NCBI GenBank assembly: GCA_030141605.1
Contig: JAQGDQ010000101.1
Coordinates: 566,624 to 630,623, forward strand
Length of the DNA: 64,000 bases
Origin: Tubiluchus corallicola
Lineage: Eukaryota > Animalia > Priapulida
Direction: 5' to 3'
A program made the translations under genes and the position numbers. Below the pieces are notes generated by a model, which saw only the letters and a list, made by a program, of their open reading frames with translations, was not told the origin of the DNA and did no database searches. Below, in pieces: positions 38,101-52,477 of this stretch (its first letter is position 1; each line of letters starts with the position of its first letter).

Positions 38101-40094
38101 CAAATATACTTACTGACTTTATCTTGTATTGTACGTAATATTTTAAATCACCAATTCTAAAAATTGTAGTGTATGGAGTTCTAATTGATAAAATAGGTCA
38201 AATTATTGAAAATTTCCTCAGTACACCAGGTAACTATTTAACGATGAATATATAAAATCCTAATTGCTTGACAATCGGGCATACTAGACACTTAGAACCG
38301 TATGAGGACCAATTAACTGAAGTATTTCATCGGCTTATATTCTTAGCACATAATCACTACGCAATTAGAGATACAATTAAATGCTTGCATGAAAAATGTG
38401 GTGAAGATGTTCGACAAATAAGCGATCGTACGTTGTTTATGTGTTAATATAGGCCCGTATTTATACTTATTATTTATCTAACAAATTGAATTACATGACG
38501 TAAAATTACAACAACTTTTCAAAGATTCAGAATAATTGTAATCAATTGTGCATATAAAAGTAATTCCTTAGATGAGTCATGATTGTTCGTAAAGAGGCAA
38601 ATAGAAAAAATATTCAATTTTTATTACGCAGTTGCAATAATTACAATAAACTACGAGGCATAGTAAGGTTTAACAAGTATAATTAATTTAATTTCATTTT
38701 TATTATGAAGCTGGATTTCGTTTTATTAAATAACAGTAACAAATTTTGAGGTTGGTTTTGTAATCAATGCATTTTAGTAAAAAATTAATTTGTCATCGGT
38801 AGATGATCTTGCAAAATCTGGAGAAATTTCTGTAATGAATTACGAAAGATTTAAAAAGCAGCTAAGGGCTTTAGATCAAATTTGGATTAAATCTGGAAAC
38901 CTGTTAAGTCTGCATATTTATTTTTTTCTATCAATACTACGTATTCAATGTATTCAGTCAGTAATAACTTTGTCACACCTGACACATAAAGTGATTGGAC
39001 TGGTACTCATTAATAACTTAATAGGGCTTTAGTGAAAGACGTAGTTGTTATGTTTAAGATAAAGTTTGCAGAAAATTTGTTTACGAAACAGATTTAAAGC
39101 TTAAGATACTGAAAAGAAAGTGTTTTGTGCAGTAAGATGACACCTGCACACGTAACATGTTTTATGCCACTGTCAGTCCCACTTTTTTTAAGCCACGTTA
39201 CGGCATTTTGCTCAAATGAAAGAAGCATAAATTGTTTGTTTTTGAAACTTTGAACCTTCTTGAAAACGAAAACGAATTTGCTGGCTTAGCCGCATGCTTG
39301 ACCCCGTGCGGCGTGTAAAGAGTTCGGAATATGAAGATTAATATTATTAATGTTAGTTCTATATGACACAGCCCAGTTCACAAGGTAAAAAGAAAGTTGC
39401 ACTCACAAACAAAAAAATCCAGGTCGGCTAAACAACACCTCGTTGTTTGCATTTTTCTTTAGATTTTCTTCCAAATTATGGTACGTGGTGATTAGACGAA
39501 TTCTTTAAGACTTTATTGCTTCCTGCTTTTTCGTTTTCTTTAGAAATAATCGTGTGAAAGTGAAAAAATGCCCAAGTTGCTCATTCTAATAATAGCTTTA
39601 TCTGCTAAATCTAAAGTGATTATGTGGTAAGGTATTTTAGGGAGAATTACTTGATGACAAATTGATTTTTTTGATAGCTTTGCGTACTCAAAGATATTCT
39701 TTATATCACGAAATTAGATGTTTTGAAAATGCAAGAATTGTCCTTTGTGGTTCACAGGTCTTTTTTAATGCTCTTGTCAGAATGTAATTCAGATTACAAA
39801 TCATTTTATTATTTGATTTGTTCCGGCCACCACGCTTAAAGAATTGATGTCTTGTCTGAATTACATGGCATTTTACGACTTAAACGCGTCAAAAATCAAA
39901 ATTCATTATACACTATGTACGACTTGAATGGAATTAACTGCTATCATGAAGTCGAACTTACTTTTACTTGACTATATGTGCTTAGTGATTAAAAGGTGCC
40001 ATAAATTTCATAATTTTTTTATTTTTTATTCCTGATTAAACTTATACTGGCATAATTGCTCCAGACAGAGCGAGAGCGAAGGCGAACAAGCGAG

Positions 40095-40268
<174 letters not shown>

Positions 40269-43200
40269 CTACCGTCACTGCTACTATTACCTACTACCAT
40301 TGCTGCTACTGTTACTACTACTGTTGCTACTAGTAGTACCCCTACCTACCGTCGCCGCCGCCACCACCACCACCACCACCACCAACACCACCACTACTAC
40401 TATTACTCATTACGACCACCATCATTGCCACAACTAGTACTACTACTTCAGCAGTTTTGACCTTCCAGCTCCACTACACGTGCTTAATTTTTACGTAATA
40501 TTCTGTAAGACGAAATAGAAAACGAAAATAGAAAATCTCCACATGTTGTCAATAATTTTTAGTTTGACACTCGAGGTGTGTTGGTTTTTCAAAGTGCCTT
40601 TGACTAGGCAAATTATTTCAGTAATGAAATCCAACTGAATGGTTATATAAAACTGAATTGAAAAAATGTAATTCGAATCAGTAAGTGAAAAATTGGCTCG
40701 AAAGAGCATTTCATTGATTAATGATGACAAATAAAAGGTATTTGATAAATTCAAGTCGAATTGCAGAATAAAATATGTATAATCACCGAATCGACCTATT
40801 TGACATTTAAAATAAGGATAAACAAATGTAATTGCGATCTAGCTATAGGTATTATAACTTAAAAACGGTCTTTCTGTTTGTTCTTAATGATGACGGCGGG
40901 GTGGTAGAGACGACAATGGTAAAGGTCATGACGACTACAAAACACCAACCGGTTTGTCTATTTTAAAATGACCAAGACAAGAAATTAAGACAATTACGAA
41001 ATAAAAAGTAGAACGCAGTTTCATATAGCTCCGGAACATGAAATCTAAGATGGATTAGTGCTAATAATAAATATGTCCATAAAGATATAGTTGACAAACC
41101 ATCTATGTACAGAAGAAGCCGAAAGAATTAAGTAAAAGCTGACAACACCCATGAGAAAGAACGTTTAATTTTGCGTAAAGAACACGTATATTTAGTTTTG
41201 CTGTTACTCGTAGCTCCCAGGGCCAGTAGGCCATAAATGGAGACGGATAGTCATGTTGGTTTCTCAATGGTGACAGTATCATGACTATCAGAAATTTCGT
41301 TCATTTTTTATTTCCGGCAAAAAGAAATAAAATAAATTTAAAAACTGACCAAATAAGGTATACAACAATGAATAATGTACTGAAATATGTTTATATCTAC
41401 TTGTGATAACCTTTAACTATAGCGGGGTCATCATTTCCTGACATCCTGAAAATGAATAAAAAGGTATGCGGTTATTTAGCACAAGAAACAAAATTAACAC
41501 CATCTAATTATAAAAAACATTCAGGTGGGAAAGCAATGCAGGGAGTAACTACAACTAGGTAATTAACAAAATTTCTTGGACCAACTCAGATAAGTCTTAA
41601 TTTATTATAAATGGTTATGTAATTGAGAGTGCTTGTATTGTGTTAAAAATATGAGTATTTGTATTGTGCAAAAACGTGTAGCATTTATACGTTTAAATTA
41701 CAGCGCCCTGTTAATTAACTTCAGTAAGGCAACGATGTGCTTTACATTAAGATTTGCATACCAAATATTAAATTGTAACAGAATTATGCCAAGCATCACA
41801 CGCAGGCCATTTAATTCAAGCCAATTTATTACGGTGTTTGTATTCTACATACGAAAATAAAATATTAAAAAGTTGCGTGTTGAAATGAGGATCCAGATCC
41901 TATACTATAAACACAGTTCCTTGTTAACTAACATAAACATACATTCTTGGCTGCTTGCTGTTGCAGTTATAAATATCTAAGTTTTATTCATGACTAACTG
42001 CTTGTTATTGAACCACTGGACCTTGAGTGAACTTCAATGAACTTTATTGTAATAGGTAATTACTGTACAGAAAGGTATATCCTAGTGCTTATAGGGTATG
42101 CAAGCAAAATCAAGTACTGTTAATATTATTCATCCAATGCATGGATGATATTCTATACCCTGTAACAGCTAATTATTAAAATATCAGGGCAAATCGTTTC
42201 TAGTTTAATAATAGATGCACTGCAACGCCTGGAACAACATTAGCATGTTTTTACCAAACAACATTGAAATTTTCACACAAAATACCAAAATTTGAGTTAA
42301 AATTGTTTTGAACGCCTTGCAATGAAAGGGAATATGCTTCAAGAAAACATAGCGTAAATGTCAGTACAATATATCCTTGGTTAATAGCGCTGCACAAGAA
42401 ACAAATTATAAAAAAGTGCAGACCTGTCGTGGTTGCACTTTCATGCAGCATTACAGAAATTTCACGACTGTCTCTCCTTCCTTTCACATCGTGCATTACG
42501 CAAACTACCGAAATTTTTTGCACACTCCATATGTTGCAAGCCGAAATTCGCCGCTGTGGCAAAACCTGAACTGAGTATATTAAAAAGTTGTAACGCGCTA
42601 CGTTTAATAGCGAGAATGAAAAGCGAGTTTTTTGCCTGTAACGAAAAACAAAGCATAGAGGATTGATCTAGGGATGAGAGGAGGAGACATTAAGTCGGGG
42701 AACAATGATAAAAACGCTAAGCATAGACGGCTTATAATTATCTTAATGAGTTTCACACATCCTACTCAACTTAACTAAACTTTACTTAAATTTCTTAATG
42801 TCGCCTACATTCCTAAGATGCTCACCTGTTAAAATAAGTTGCCAGACATACGCAGAATGAGCAACGAAATATAAAGAGCGCAAGAATCATTAAATAAACG
42901 TGGTAATGCAGAAACGTCATGCAAAAGTTCAAGAAAATCTTTATACCAAGTGCAATAACATTAATTTTAATAACACACAAGGAGAAATCTCTTTTAAAAG
43001 CAAATCACTGCCTAAGGTAGCAGCAGCACTAGTGTAACTATCGAATGGCTAAAACACTATTTTTAAAGAATAATTTTGCGGGACATTAGGCGCAAGGTGT
43101 TCCAGAATAAACAGCTGATTATGCTGATTAAATCGTAAGGAAGAGAATCGTGCAGACTTTTGCACTATGACATCAAAAGACGTAAAATACTATAATAATA

Positions 43201-44296
43201 TTTGTATAATTGCAATAAATTTTCCTAAAAAGTAACTTGATCTTTTTATATATTCCAGTTTAGACATATGCTGCATATTTCTACACCACTGTTACTGCTG
43301 AACACCCTGTAAGCTCGTAAATAATAACCAGCACCAATTGCTAGTGATACTCAGCAGGCTACCCCAATGTGTAAATTCTAGGTGTTGGTGACTATAAAAC
43401 AGACCCACCGTCTTTCAACGTTTTCGTAGCCATTGAAAATTTTCAATTCTGTGTTTTTTAGTTTTTTCTGTGATTGGTAGATTCATGAAATTTCTATAGA
43501 AATAACAAACAAGTTTAACAGAATTTTTTCAGAATGTTATCGCGCAATATTTAAGCTAAACTTTTGTCATTATTATTAAGTTATATTAATAATTAGTTAT
43601 TAAGTGATACTATAATAGAATTATTATATCTCATTATATATAGTTTTTACTTTTCTTGTGTGCGATATTTGCTTCACTACACCTTTATCTAAGAAAAATT
43701 GTTTTAGTTATTTGTTTATTTTAAAAAAGACAATTTTATCATTAAAAACTTAGTCAAACTTTTCCATTGCAATTGGCTTGAGTAGTGTCCACATATTTTC
43801 AGCTGGTTGAATAATATTTCTCTTAATCGTAACTTTGGCTTTGACAGGTGAGCATGAGGAGAGATGAGAGATTAATCAGCACCTGAACCGTTCAGTAAAG
43901 TGATACTGCAGCAGCAGCAGACATTAATTACAACATTTAAATGGGTCATTGTAAACACCCGAGAAGCTGCGAATAGCGGGTGGCTGCCACAAGAAGCATG
44001 CAGCGGGGATCTCGACAACAAAAAACTGAAAAAATACGCTGATTATGTTTTAGGTTATTGGATGCGGGTCAGCATACACGAATTTTATGTATATAACACT
44101 AAAGAAAGCGAAGGTGATCTAATTAGAGAGAAAGAAGAAGAAGTGTTGCTGAAAGAGGTGTAATCTTAAGAAGGAAAGTGAATGCAAATAAGTTAGTCTT
44201 TAAACTGTGTTGGATGCATTTGCTGTGAAAGTGTAAAAAAGAGGTGATTTTATCCTGAAGCATCTTCTACGTCTTTCAGTCATCAGTGGTTTGAAG

Positions 44297-44329
44297 ATGA
44301 AGAGTTCATGTTTATTGGTTTTAACATTG
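44297..44329 (+). CDS. ZP-domain (cuticlin-like) Gly-rich protein, exon 1: signal peptide
   Basis: ATG AAG AGT...TTG|GTATGT; joins exon 2 in phase 0 to give the signal MKSSCLLVLTLVIGAKA. Confidence 0.75.
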
Positions 44330-45706
44330 GTATGTATTTTTATTTAACTTTTTCACATTTAAGCTATTGAAAATTGTTGACCGAGTTTTTTTTAGTTTTT
44401 TTCTTAAGCAGTATATTTGTGGATATCTCCTCCACTGAATCATTAATGCCTATAATATATATAATTAACAAGCAAGTTTATAAATAACTTTAAAGTTTTC
44501 TGTAATGGTTATTATGTCATAATTTTTAAGCTAAGTTTTTATAATAATTACTTATATAGATATATTAATAATTAGTTATTAAATGATGATATACTATATT
44601 ACATCTGTTGTATCTCATTTCCACGTGTTTTTAGATTTTCTTGGGTGCGGCGGTTGCTTCATTATCCTTTCTTGTCTTAGGTTGTTAGTTTATTTTAGCA
44701 AAGACAGCCTTTCAATTAAAAATTGAAAAGACATCGCAGACAGACGTCTCGACTGCAATATCCTCCTGTCTTCACTGTATGAGAGTTTCAAACAACAACT
44801 AGTTTATATAGGCAAGGCTTACGCTAACAGTAGTTGAAAAAGACTAATTACTTATAATTTTGTTTGAAATGAACGTAATATAGGCAAATCTGTTACGGTT
44901 ACAATAAAAAGAACTACAGTTAAGTGTTAGAAAACAGATTTAAATGAGTAAAACTACTTTTTACATTAATGTTTTTATTTTACTTTAATTTAATTTAAAA
45001 TCTTAAGTGAATTTATTTAAAAAATTAAAACTTCATCTTCAGCCCAATTAACAATTACGTTATAATTATTTTTGCCTTTTAAAAGTTTATATATGAAGTA
45101 ACTTAAAAATTGCCAACAAAATCGTTGTAGACTAATTTTACAGGGTCTTACTGTAAAGGTTAATCCACATGTCATCGTTTTTCAGTTATTGACCAGTAAG
45201 CTGTAATTGTTACTGTTTAAGACAAAACTAGCCAAGAGACTATACTCCCGGGAAGAATTTATTAAATTAGCAACTTCAGCTTTTGTCCTTTTTGCAATCT
45301 GAAGTGTATTCTACAAGTGTGTGTCACGTAATTGCTTGAGATTACCCATCTAAGTACTTACTAGAACTAACGTCGCCAACCGTCACTCTGTATAATAGAC
45401 CGGCTACGTTTCTCTGCTCACGTTTATAACAGTATGTTCTAATGGCGATAGAGGAAACATGTTTTCAGTGGTTATAAATTTTCAACATGTGTTCAGGCCT
45501 CTTCAACATTTTTTTACTTTTACTGAAACATACAGTCTAATCTTGCATATTGTTTCCGCAGCCACTTAATTAACGCCAGTGCGCATGCGCGAGGTGCGAG
45601 ATCAATAATTTTTTATTTATCTTGTTCAGAAAGACACCTGCTTAGACAGTTTGCCTCAGATTTAGGGATTTTATCATAAACAAATGTGATTTGTTACAAT
45701 TTACAG

Positions 45707-46004
45707 GTGATAGGAGCTAAAGCCATGGGCAACATGCAAGGATACGGGAGGTCACAACCGCAAGGAGGTCACGGACGGGGAGGTGGCAGGGGGTTCCATG
45801 GACAGCAGCAGATAGTTTCAAACTATGATCCTTTTTCTGGAGGAGGAAGAGGAGGAGGAGGAGGAGGAGGTTACGGAGGTGGTTCTAGAAGCACACACGT
45901 CAGTACGATGGGTGGTTATGGCGGAGGGGGTGGAGGTGGTGGATATGGAGGTGGTAGCTCTTTATCAACTATGCCAACTGGAGGAAAGATGAATAACATT
46001 ATAG
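45707..46004 (+). CDS. ZP-domain protein exon 2: N-terminal Gly/Tyr-rich tract
   Basis: Acceptor TTACAG|GTG, donor G|GTAAAG; GGGGYGGG repeats. Confidence 0.85.
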
Positions 46005-47570
46005 GTAAAGCACGTATTTAAGTTTATTTTTAAAACAGTTGATTACTTGCGATTATCTATCATAAAAAATAAAACAAAAAAAACTGTCTTATGTAATCTG
46101 AATAAAAAATTTCTGACTCACATTTACGAGCTGGCAAAGGTAACAATGTTGAGGGGAAAATGTCTAAAACAAGTTTCCTTATTAAGGCTTTAAAGACGCA
46201 TTTTAAATATTATTCTTGGGCTTTGCCATTAAAACAATATGTTTAATTAACATGATGGGCCAATGTTTGAGTGTTTTGTTTTTGGAACACAGAATATATA
46301 AAGTTATGTTTGTCTGCTATTGCATTCCTTATCTAAAAGTTAATTGGCTGTGAATAAATCACAGTTGTATTTGCTGTTGTATATCCAGTAAACCATAATC
46401 TATACACTGTATAATCAGTATAGATTGAATCTTTGTGTGTTCAACACATATAATGCCCAATTCACGGCTCAAAAAATGTGCATAGATCAAAGGCTACTTC
46501 TGTTGTTATTCGCTGAGATTTAATTAGTATGGAATAAATCTATATATACCTGTTCTACACATTTAGTAGCATATCTAAAGCTCAAACGAATGAGTGAACA
46601 TGTACATGACACAGGGGAGCGCCTTGTAGAAGTTTCATTTGCCCTTCTGATTTTAGTTGCTTACGTTGTCCATAAAGACGGTTCCTTGATAGTGAACTGC
46701 ATTTCGGTCTTGCCACAGTCATTCACATTATGTTCGCCCCGCGCCTGAGTGACCGGCTTACAGTTCCGAGTTATAAAAGCAAGTTCGACTCGAACTATTG
46801 ATCGAGGGACTTGTTAAGCTCAAGATCGTGGATTAGAAATTACGTCAGTGCCGCCGTCTTAAATTTATGATGGCGAATCGAAAATCCGGCTCTTCAAATG
46901 ACGCAAAACTTGTTTTCGTGGGATTATAGTCTTGTTCTGGCAGATTCGTCGCGAACTGGCGAAGCCTTTGGGTTGATGCAAAAAATAATGTTTTCGCCGT
47001 CGTTTTGAATACAGAATGGCGGATCGAAAATCCAGCTACTTCAGTCGGTGCAGAATTTACTCTAGCATGTTCGCCAGGAGTTTCCTGACAATTCATTGCA
47101 AAATCATGGAACCTTAGGTATTTTTCAAAAGGTTATTCCCAACCACCAGCACCACTACCACCACCACCACCAACAACAACATCCTTAAGGAACAGCGATT
47201 TGGGCGGAGCCCTCAACCAAAAAGCATGGTATTGCTGCAGATTCTATTTGCTATTGTGGCATAGGTATGCGGTGCCTATAATAAAAACATTAAATTAAAC
47301 TACTTGATGACAATAATTACACTACGCTTTACCGGCGACGCAAACACACGTGCATCAACGGAAGTTTTCATGAGAAGGACCCGGATGTGACAACAACTAC
47401 GCCAACAACCAATTAAGAGCCTGCAGAACTGAGCGCGTGATTCAGTATACTGCCTATTAAGGTCTATGCACGTGTTAACAAGACAATAACCAATCAACAG
47501 TGTGTAGGTGGGTCGTCATCTGTCCAGAGTAGTATTTAAGCAGGGCAGTTCCAGAGGAAGGGACATTCGC

Positions 47571-47690
47571 TGCTGACAAGGTCTGCTACGACAAGGCCTG
47601 CTAACAAGCTCTGCTATCTCAAGAGCTGCTAACAAACTCTGTTAACACAAGAGTTGCTAACAAGCTCTGTTATCTGAAGAGCTGCTAATT
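47571..47690. repeat. ~14/28-bp tandem repeats (TGCTAACAAGCTCTG core) in a possible solo-LTR-like segment
   Basis: Repeated CTGCTAACAAGCTCTGCTATCTCAAGAG-like units lie between a TATTTAA and an AATAAA. Confidence 0.6.
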
Positions 47691-47962
47691 ATAAGCCCTG
47701 AACCATAATAAAGCAATTAAATAATTCAAAATTGTCTATTAAAACCAACATTTCTCCAATGTCAGTTTTCCTGCTATAAACTTCAAGAACTAATTTGTGC
47801 TGAAGTGTGCCTTAGGCTTAACAGTCAGATGAACCCAAGCCATTGATGCAAAGTACCATCATCTGCACACCTTTCTGTTACGTGAACCCCTAGCCGCGTT
47901 ACACTATTCTGTTTCTGCTGAATCTGCTTTATGTACAGTATTTTCTTTATGATTTGTTGTAG

Positions 47963-48153
47963 ACATACAAGTTATGTGTGATATGAGCGAAAGAGTTATA
48001 ACTGCTAATGTTTGGTTTGAGATGCCGTTTAATGGCATCATCTACGCAAAGGGTTACTTCAAGTCACAGGAGTGCAGATGCGAAGGAGACGGAAGCAAGA
48101 TGGCTATCATTAACTTACCTCTAGACCGATGCGGAATGCAAATACAAAGAGGG
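47963..48153 (+). CDS. ZP-domain protein exon 3: ZP-N
   Basis: DIQVMCD...VWFEMPFNGIIYAKGY...EC...LPLDRCGM, matching the cuticlin-type PF.G.IY.KG motif; AG/GTGAGT boundaries. Confidence 0.9.
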
Positions 48154-48735
48154 GTGAGTTCGTCGTTTTTCATACACCAGTTCTATGATATACCAAAAGC
48201 CTTTCAGGTATATCAATACCCCTCTCATAATGAGATATAAACAGCTATTTTTTTGTTTGGAAGGACAGAGCTGATTTGTAAATTGCTAATGAGGACAGAA
48301 ACATCCTAGCGGGAATTTAATGAGCTAATAAGAATATCCTGTAATGACGGCTTAAAAGAAAACAGGAAAATTGGCTGTTGTATGCTTCATAGACATTTCA
48401 AAGACATATCAAAGTTATGACTGAAAATTTTTGCTTTAAGCTTCAATATTGCTTCAAGAATGTGGTCTTCTAACCGGTTTTTTATATTTTTTTCACAATT
48501 AAATTTTACTCGATTCTGTTGGTTTCTTGGCACTTCTTTGGCTCCAAAGAAGAAAAAATTCTCGGAAATCTGATACTATATCCACTTTCTTAAAGATACG
48601 GTACCTTTGTTACTGAAGATACGATTTTACTCTCCCTTTCTCCTTAAAGATATAACACATTTATTTTCGGAACTTTGTACTTTTGTATATTTTATGTGAA
48701 GTATTAAAAATATCACATGCATTGCATTTTTGCAG

Positions 48736-48896
48736 TATCAGCAAGGCTATGGTTCTTCTATGACAATGACAAATACTTTGGTGGTACTTCATGAAGGAAA
48801 ATGGGGTCTGTTGAATATGGGAGACAGAGCTTTTAAGGTACAGTGCAACGCTGGAGGAAAGAAGAGTGATATGGCGATGAAAGGCATTACTGTACC
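48736..48896 (+). CDS. ZP-domain protein exon 4: end of ZP-N
   Basis: MTNTLVVLHE...GDRAFKVQC; TGCAG/GTGAGT boundaries, phase 0-2; not in the ORF track. Confidence 0.88.
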
Positions 48897-50698
48897 GTGA
48901 GTATATTATTGTACTTTTAATTTTAACACAGTTTATTATCTGCGCAGAGCGACACTTACAATAAAGTATGTATATGATAATTTAAATTTTACATCTTAGC
49001 AATTACAAGAAATTATAATATTATTGTGTCAGTACAATGAATGGAGTAATCAGTATCAACGTACGTATTTCCAATGTGTACGAAGGCCTATATAAATATA
49101 CATAATAAATTTACTGTCTGTTAGTTAGTTGTTAAAATTATTTTACAGCGTAATACTATTTTAAAACAGGTTTTGTGTCACAGGTGGATTGATATTCTGC
49201 TGAACATTTCTGAAAAATTAAACAATTTATACGAGCCTTTATATTCATATTTTCATCTAATAAAGAAAATGTCAATTTTTAATGTCTTATAATAAAAATA
49301 TGAATACCGACAGAATTCTGCCAGTAATGAATAGTAATAAATTTGGTCTAGGTGTAAAGTGTGGTGCACAACTGATTAAAATTTGTTACAGTTTTCAAAG
49401 GAAAAAACAAGTTAGTTGGGAAGAATAAAGCAGTTATTTTCCAGAAAACTTTCTCTCGTTTTCCTCATATTCTTTGCGTTTTCTTCCTTGTTCTTTTGCT
49501 ATCCTGGTAAACTATGTTAAAAGGGTAAATTATCTCTTAAACTATCGTGTCAGTGAGTCTGTAAGAAAATATCTAACCCAAGCGCATCTATTTAAATCAT
49601 CACAACATGAATTTAAAGCTCATCAGAGCATATAATAAATATAATAATAACACTGCCAACCTGCTTAGCCTAAGTATTAAGATCACTAAGTTTAAAAGGA
49701 TGTGGCTTTTTCTTATTTACTGAGCTCGACTTACTGAAAGCCCTTAATCATGCCTGCAATTTCAGTGGCGTAGCTAGAGGGGTGAAAGGGAGTGGCCGCG
49801 CCCCACACTCAGAACACATTTTTCAAAAGGATGGCTTTTTGAAAAACTTTTTAACCATTTAGTTGAATTATTTTGATTTTAAGCACAAAAATGATTATGC
49901 AGAAATTTTCATTTAAACTGTATTTCTCGTCTCTTGCTTAAAGTTATGAAACAATAAATAATTTAAAGCTGTTCTGTTCGTGTCAAGCTGTTCATGATAC
50001 GCTGATTCGATAAACTTTATTTGAATATAGCAAGCGATAGCCTAATTATTCTGCCATTTTAATGCTGTATTTCCTACTTTCGCGGAAAACTAAAGTTTAA
50101 ATAACGGCTAAGACTACTTTAAGACGGTGTTTAAACCAACAGAGATGATGTAGCTTATTAATCTGCATGTCCAATTCGATTTTTTATCTTTTAGCGTTTG
50201 CAAATATTTATAAACCGAAGATTAAGTTTGCACTTTTTGCAAGTTTGACCAAAATGGATTAGCTTTTGAAGAAAACTGAACATGAGCATTTTGTTGCTGT
50301 CTACAGATGAAAAAGTTTCATCTGTAGTGATTATATATATAGCTGTTATACTAGCAATATAGTTATTATTAAAAGCGAAACAAAAATATCCTATATATAC
50401 AAATCTGTTGACAAAAAGTTATTCAGTTTTCCGTTGTTTATAGTTCTTACATTCTACATTCAAGCTAACATATGTTTACACAGTCAATTTTGTTCTAAGC
50501 GGATATTTTTGTTTCGCTTTTAATAATAACTATATTGCTAGTATGACAGCTATATTATTATGTTAATATAAGGATAGAAAGGCTTCTTAAATCTTAATTC
50601 ATTCTTTTTAAGTGAATTTTATGGATGTTGTTATTGTGTTTATTAGCGTTATTGCAGTTGTCGTTGTCATCATCATCATCATCACCACCACCACCATT

Positions 50699-50738
<40 letters not shown>

Positions 50739-51734
50739 CCATCATAATCATCGTCGTCGTCATCGTTATCATCACTGTCATAGCTGCTAGTTATTACTGT
50801 GACTGCCGTTGTTATTGCAGTCATTATCATGGTCATTGTTATTGTAGTTACCGTTGTTGTCGTTGGCCTTGCCATGTCTGTTAATGCTATTTTCGTTTGC
50901 TTTCTCGACCTGTAGGTCTTTCCCCCCTACGTAATTCAAGTTATTAATAATTTATTATACACAAAAGCTACAATTACAGACAGTTTTCGAACAAGAAATT
51001 TATGTATGAACCTAATACATGTTACACATGCCTATTAGCCTCATTACTTAGTCGAACAATTTTGTGCAAAAAGGAGGCAAACTAGAATAATGAGGTCACA
51101 CAAGCCTACGTGAAACCTCGTTTTGTCTTTTGGTTCTACGGGTTTTTCTAACTTAGAATGCTCAAGAAAAAATTCAGTTCAAATGTGCTAAGTTAGTATT
51201 CAAAAACTGGAAGCCTTACGAGTTTGTACATCTCTGTTTCAATTGTTTGGAGATTAACAAATCTGTCTATATGCTCAGATGTTTTTTCAACAAAAACTGC
51301 CTGACCAAGTGCAGAGACCTACATGTAGGCCAACCGATAATGAAAGTGAAGGTAATCAGAAAATTAAACATCCCTCTTGAAACAATTATTTACTTGTTAT
51401 AAGTGAAAGAAAAATAATGGGACTAAGTGATCTATCTTGACTACATGAATGACGTTGGAGAATAATAGCTCTCAAAGTAACGAGGACGATGTAGGTGTTG
51501 CTGTTTATACATAGGCTAAACTTTAACATGTGGTAATTCTTTGTCTACATATTGTTCACATATTAATAAAATAATAACATTTTATTCATGTAGTAAGGAT
51601 GACAAGTCTCAGGAGAGCACTCCCATGTTTTCGCGCATTTTGATTTCTGCAATGTTTATACCATGTGAATGATTTGGAAACTAAACAAACATATTTTATT
51701 CATAAAGGTTTTCTTATCTATGTTTTTTCCGCAG

Positions 51735-51889
51735 TATGATACAAGGTGAACCAATAGCTCCAGCAGACATTGGCATGCCTCAATGCGTCATGACAGTTGT
51801 AGGAGGGAAAAATCCGGCTGGACCAGATGTATCCCGACTGGGACTTGGCGAAATAGGAACCTTAGTATTTATGATGGCCGATAAAACTG
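51735..51889 (+). CDS. ZP-domain protein exon 5: start of ZP-C
   Basis: MPQCVMTVVGGKNPAGPDVSRLGLGEIGTLVF; phase 2-1; not in the ORF track. Confidence 0.88.
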
Positions 51890-52392
51890 GTAAACTTTAC
51901 TGAAAAAATTCAAGTATTTAGTAACCAAACAAATAAGTCTATACATTTAAACTTTGTTTGTAAAAGTTAAAATTTGTGTTTGCAATCATTTTTCCATTTA
52001 CTAGTAGTGTTATGAAATTACTGATTATTTGTTGTTGTTATGATCAATTAAAGTTGAAATAATGAATTTAATGAATTTACATGAACATTTACTCCAGTTT
52101 CTCGAGCGGCTCTGTTTTAGCATTAAAAGAGTTCCCTTTCTAGGAAGTTTCCGAATTTAGAAAGTTAATCGTTTAGAAAAACTTGAGAAAGCACTAGTCT
52201 CTTTTCTAAGTTTTATTGCCGGAAAACTATTATGTCATCTTAAACAGATTATAACAAATTCTTGCTACTTATGACCCGATGATACCTTGCTAACATTTAA
52301 AATTACAAATTATTGCTGAATGTATCTCTAAACAACTTATCCAGGCAGTTGAGAAGAAAAATGTTTCGCATTCCGGACTATTTTTTATTTAG

Positions 52393-52477
52393 GTATGTTT
52401 GATCTTAAGGCATATAATTGCTACGCTCATGATGGTTATTCAGGAATGAGAAAAGTGAAGTTGCTCGATGATAACGG
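52393..52477 (+). CDS. ZP-domain protein exon 6
   Basis: GMFDLKAYNCYAHDG...VKLLDDNG; phase 1-2; donor GTAAGT. Confidence 0.9.

Noticed and set aside
43900-44163. 87-aa ORF upstream of the ZP gene
   Set aside because: GTG start, no motifs or splice support; likely promoter or 5' UTR sequence.
47571-47690. CRISPR-like appearance of short repeats
   Set aside because: Units are tandem without unique spacers, the context is eukaryotic and there are no cas genes.
49763-49810. CAGTGGCGTAGCTAG transposon-like terminus
   Set aside because: No matching inverted end or TSD found nearby.
50594-50884. Poly-Asp and poly-Ile ORFs in a ZP intron
   Set aside because: CAT/CGT triplet low complexity; not needed for the ZP reading frame.
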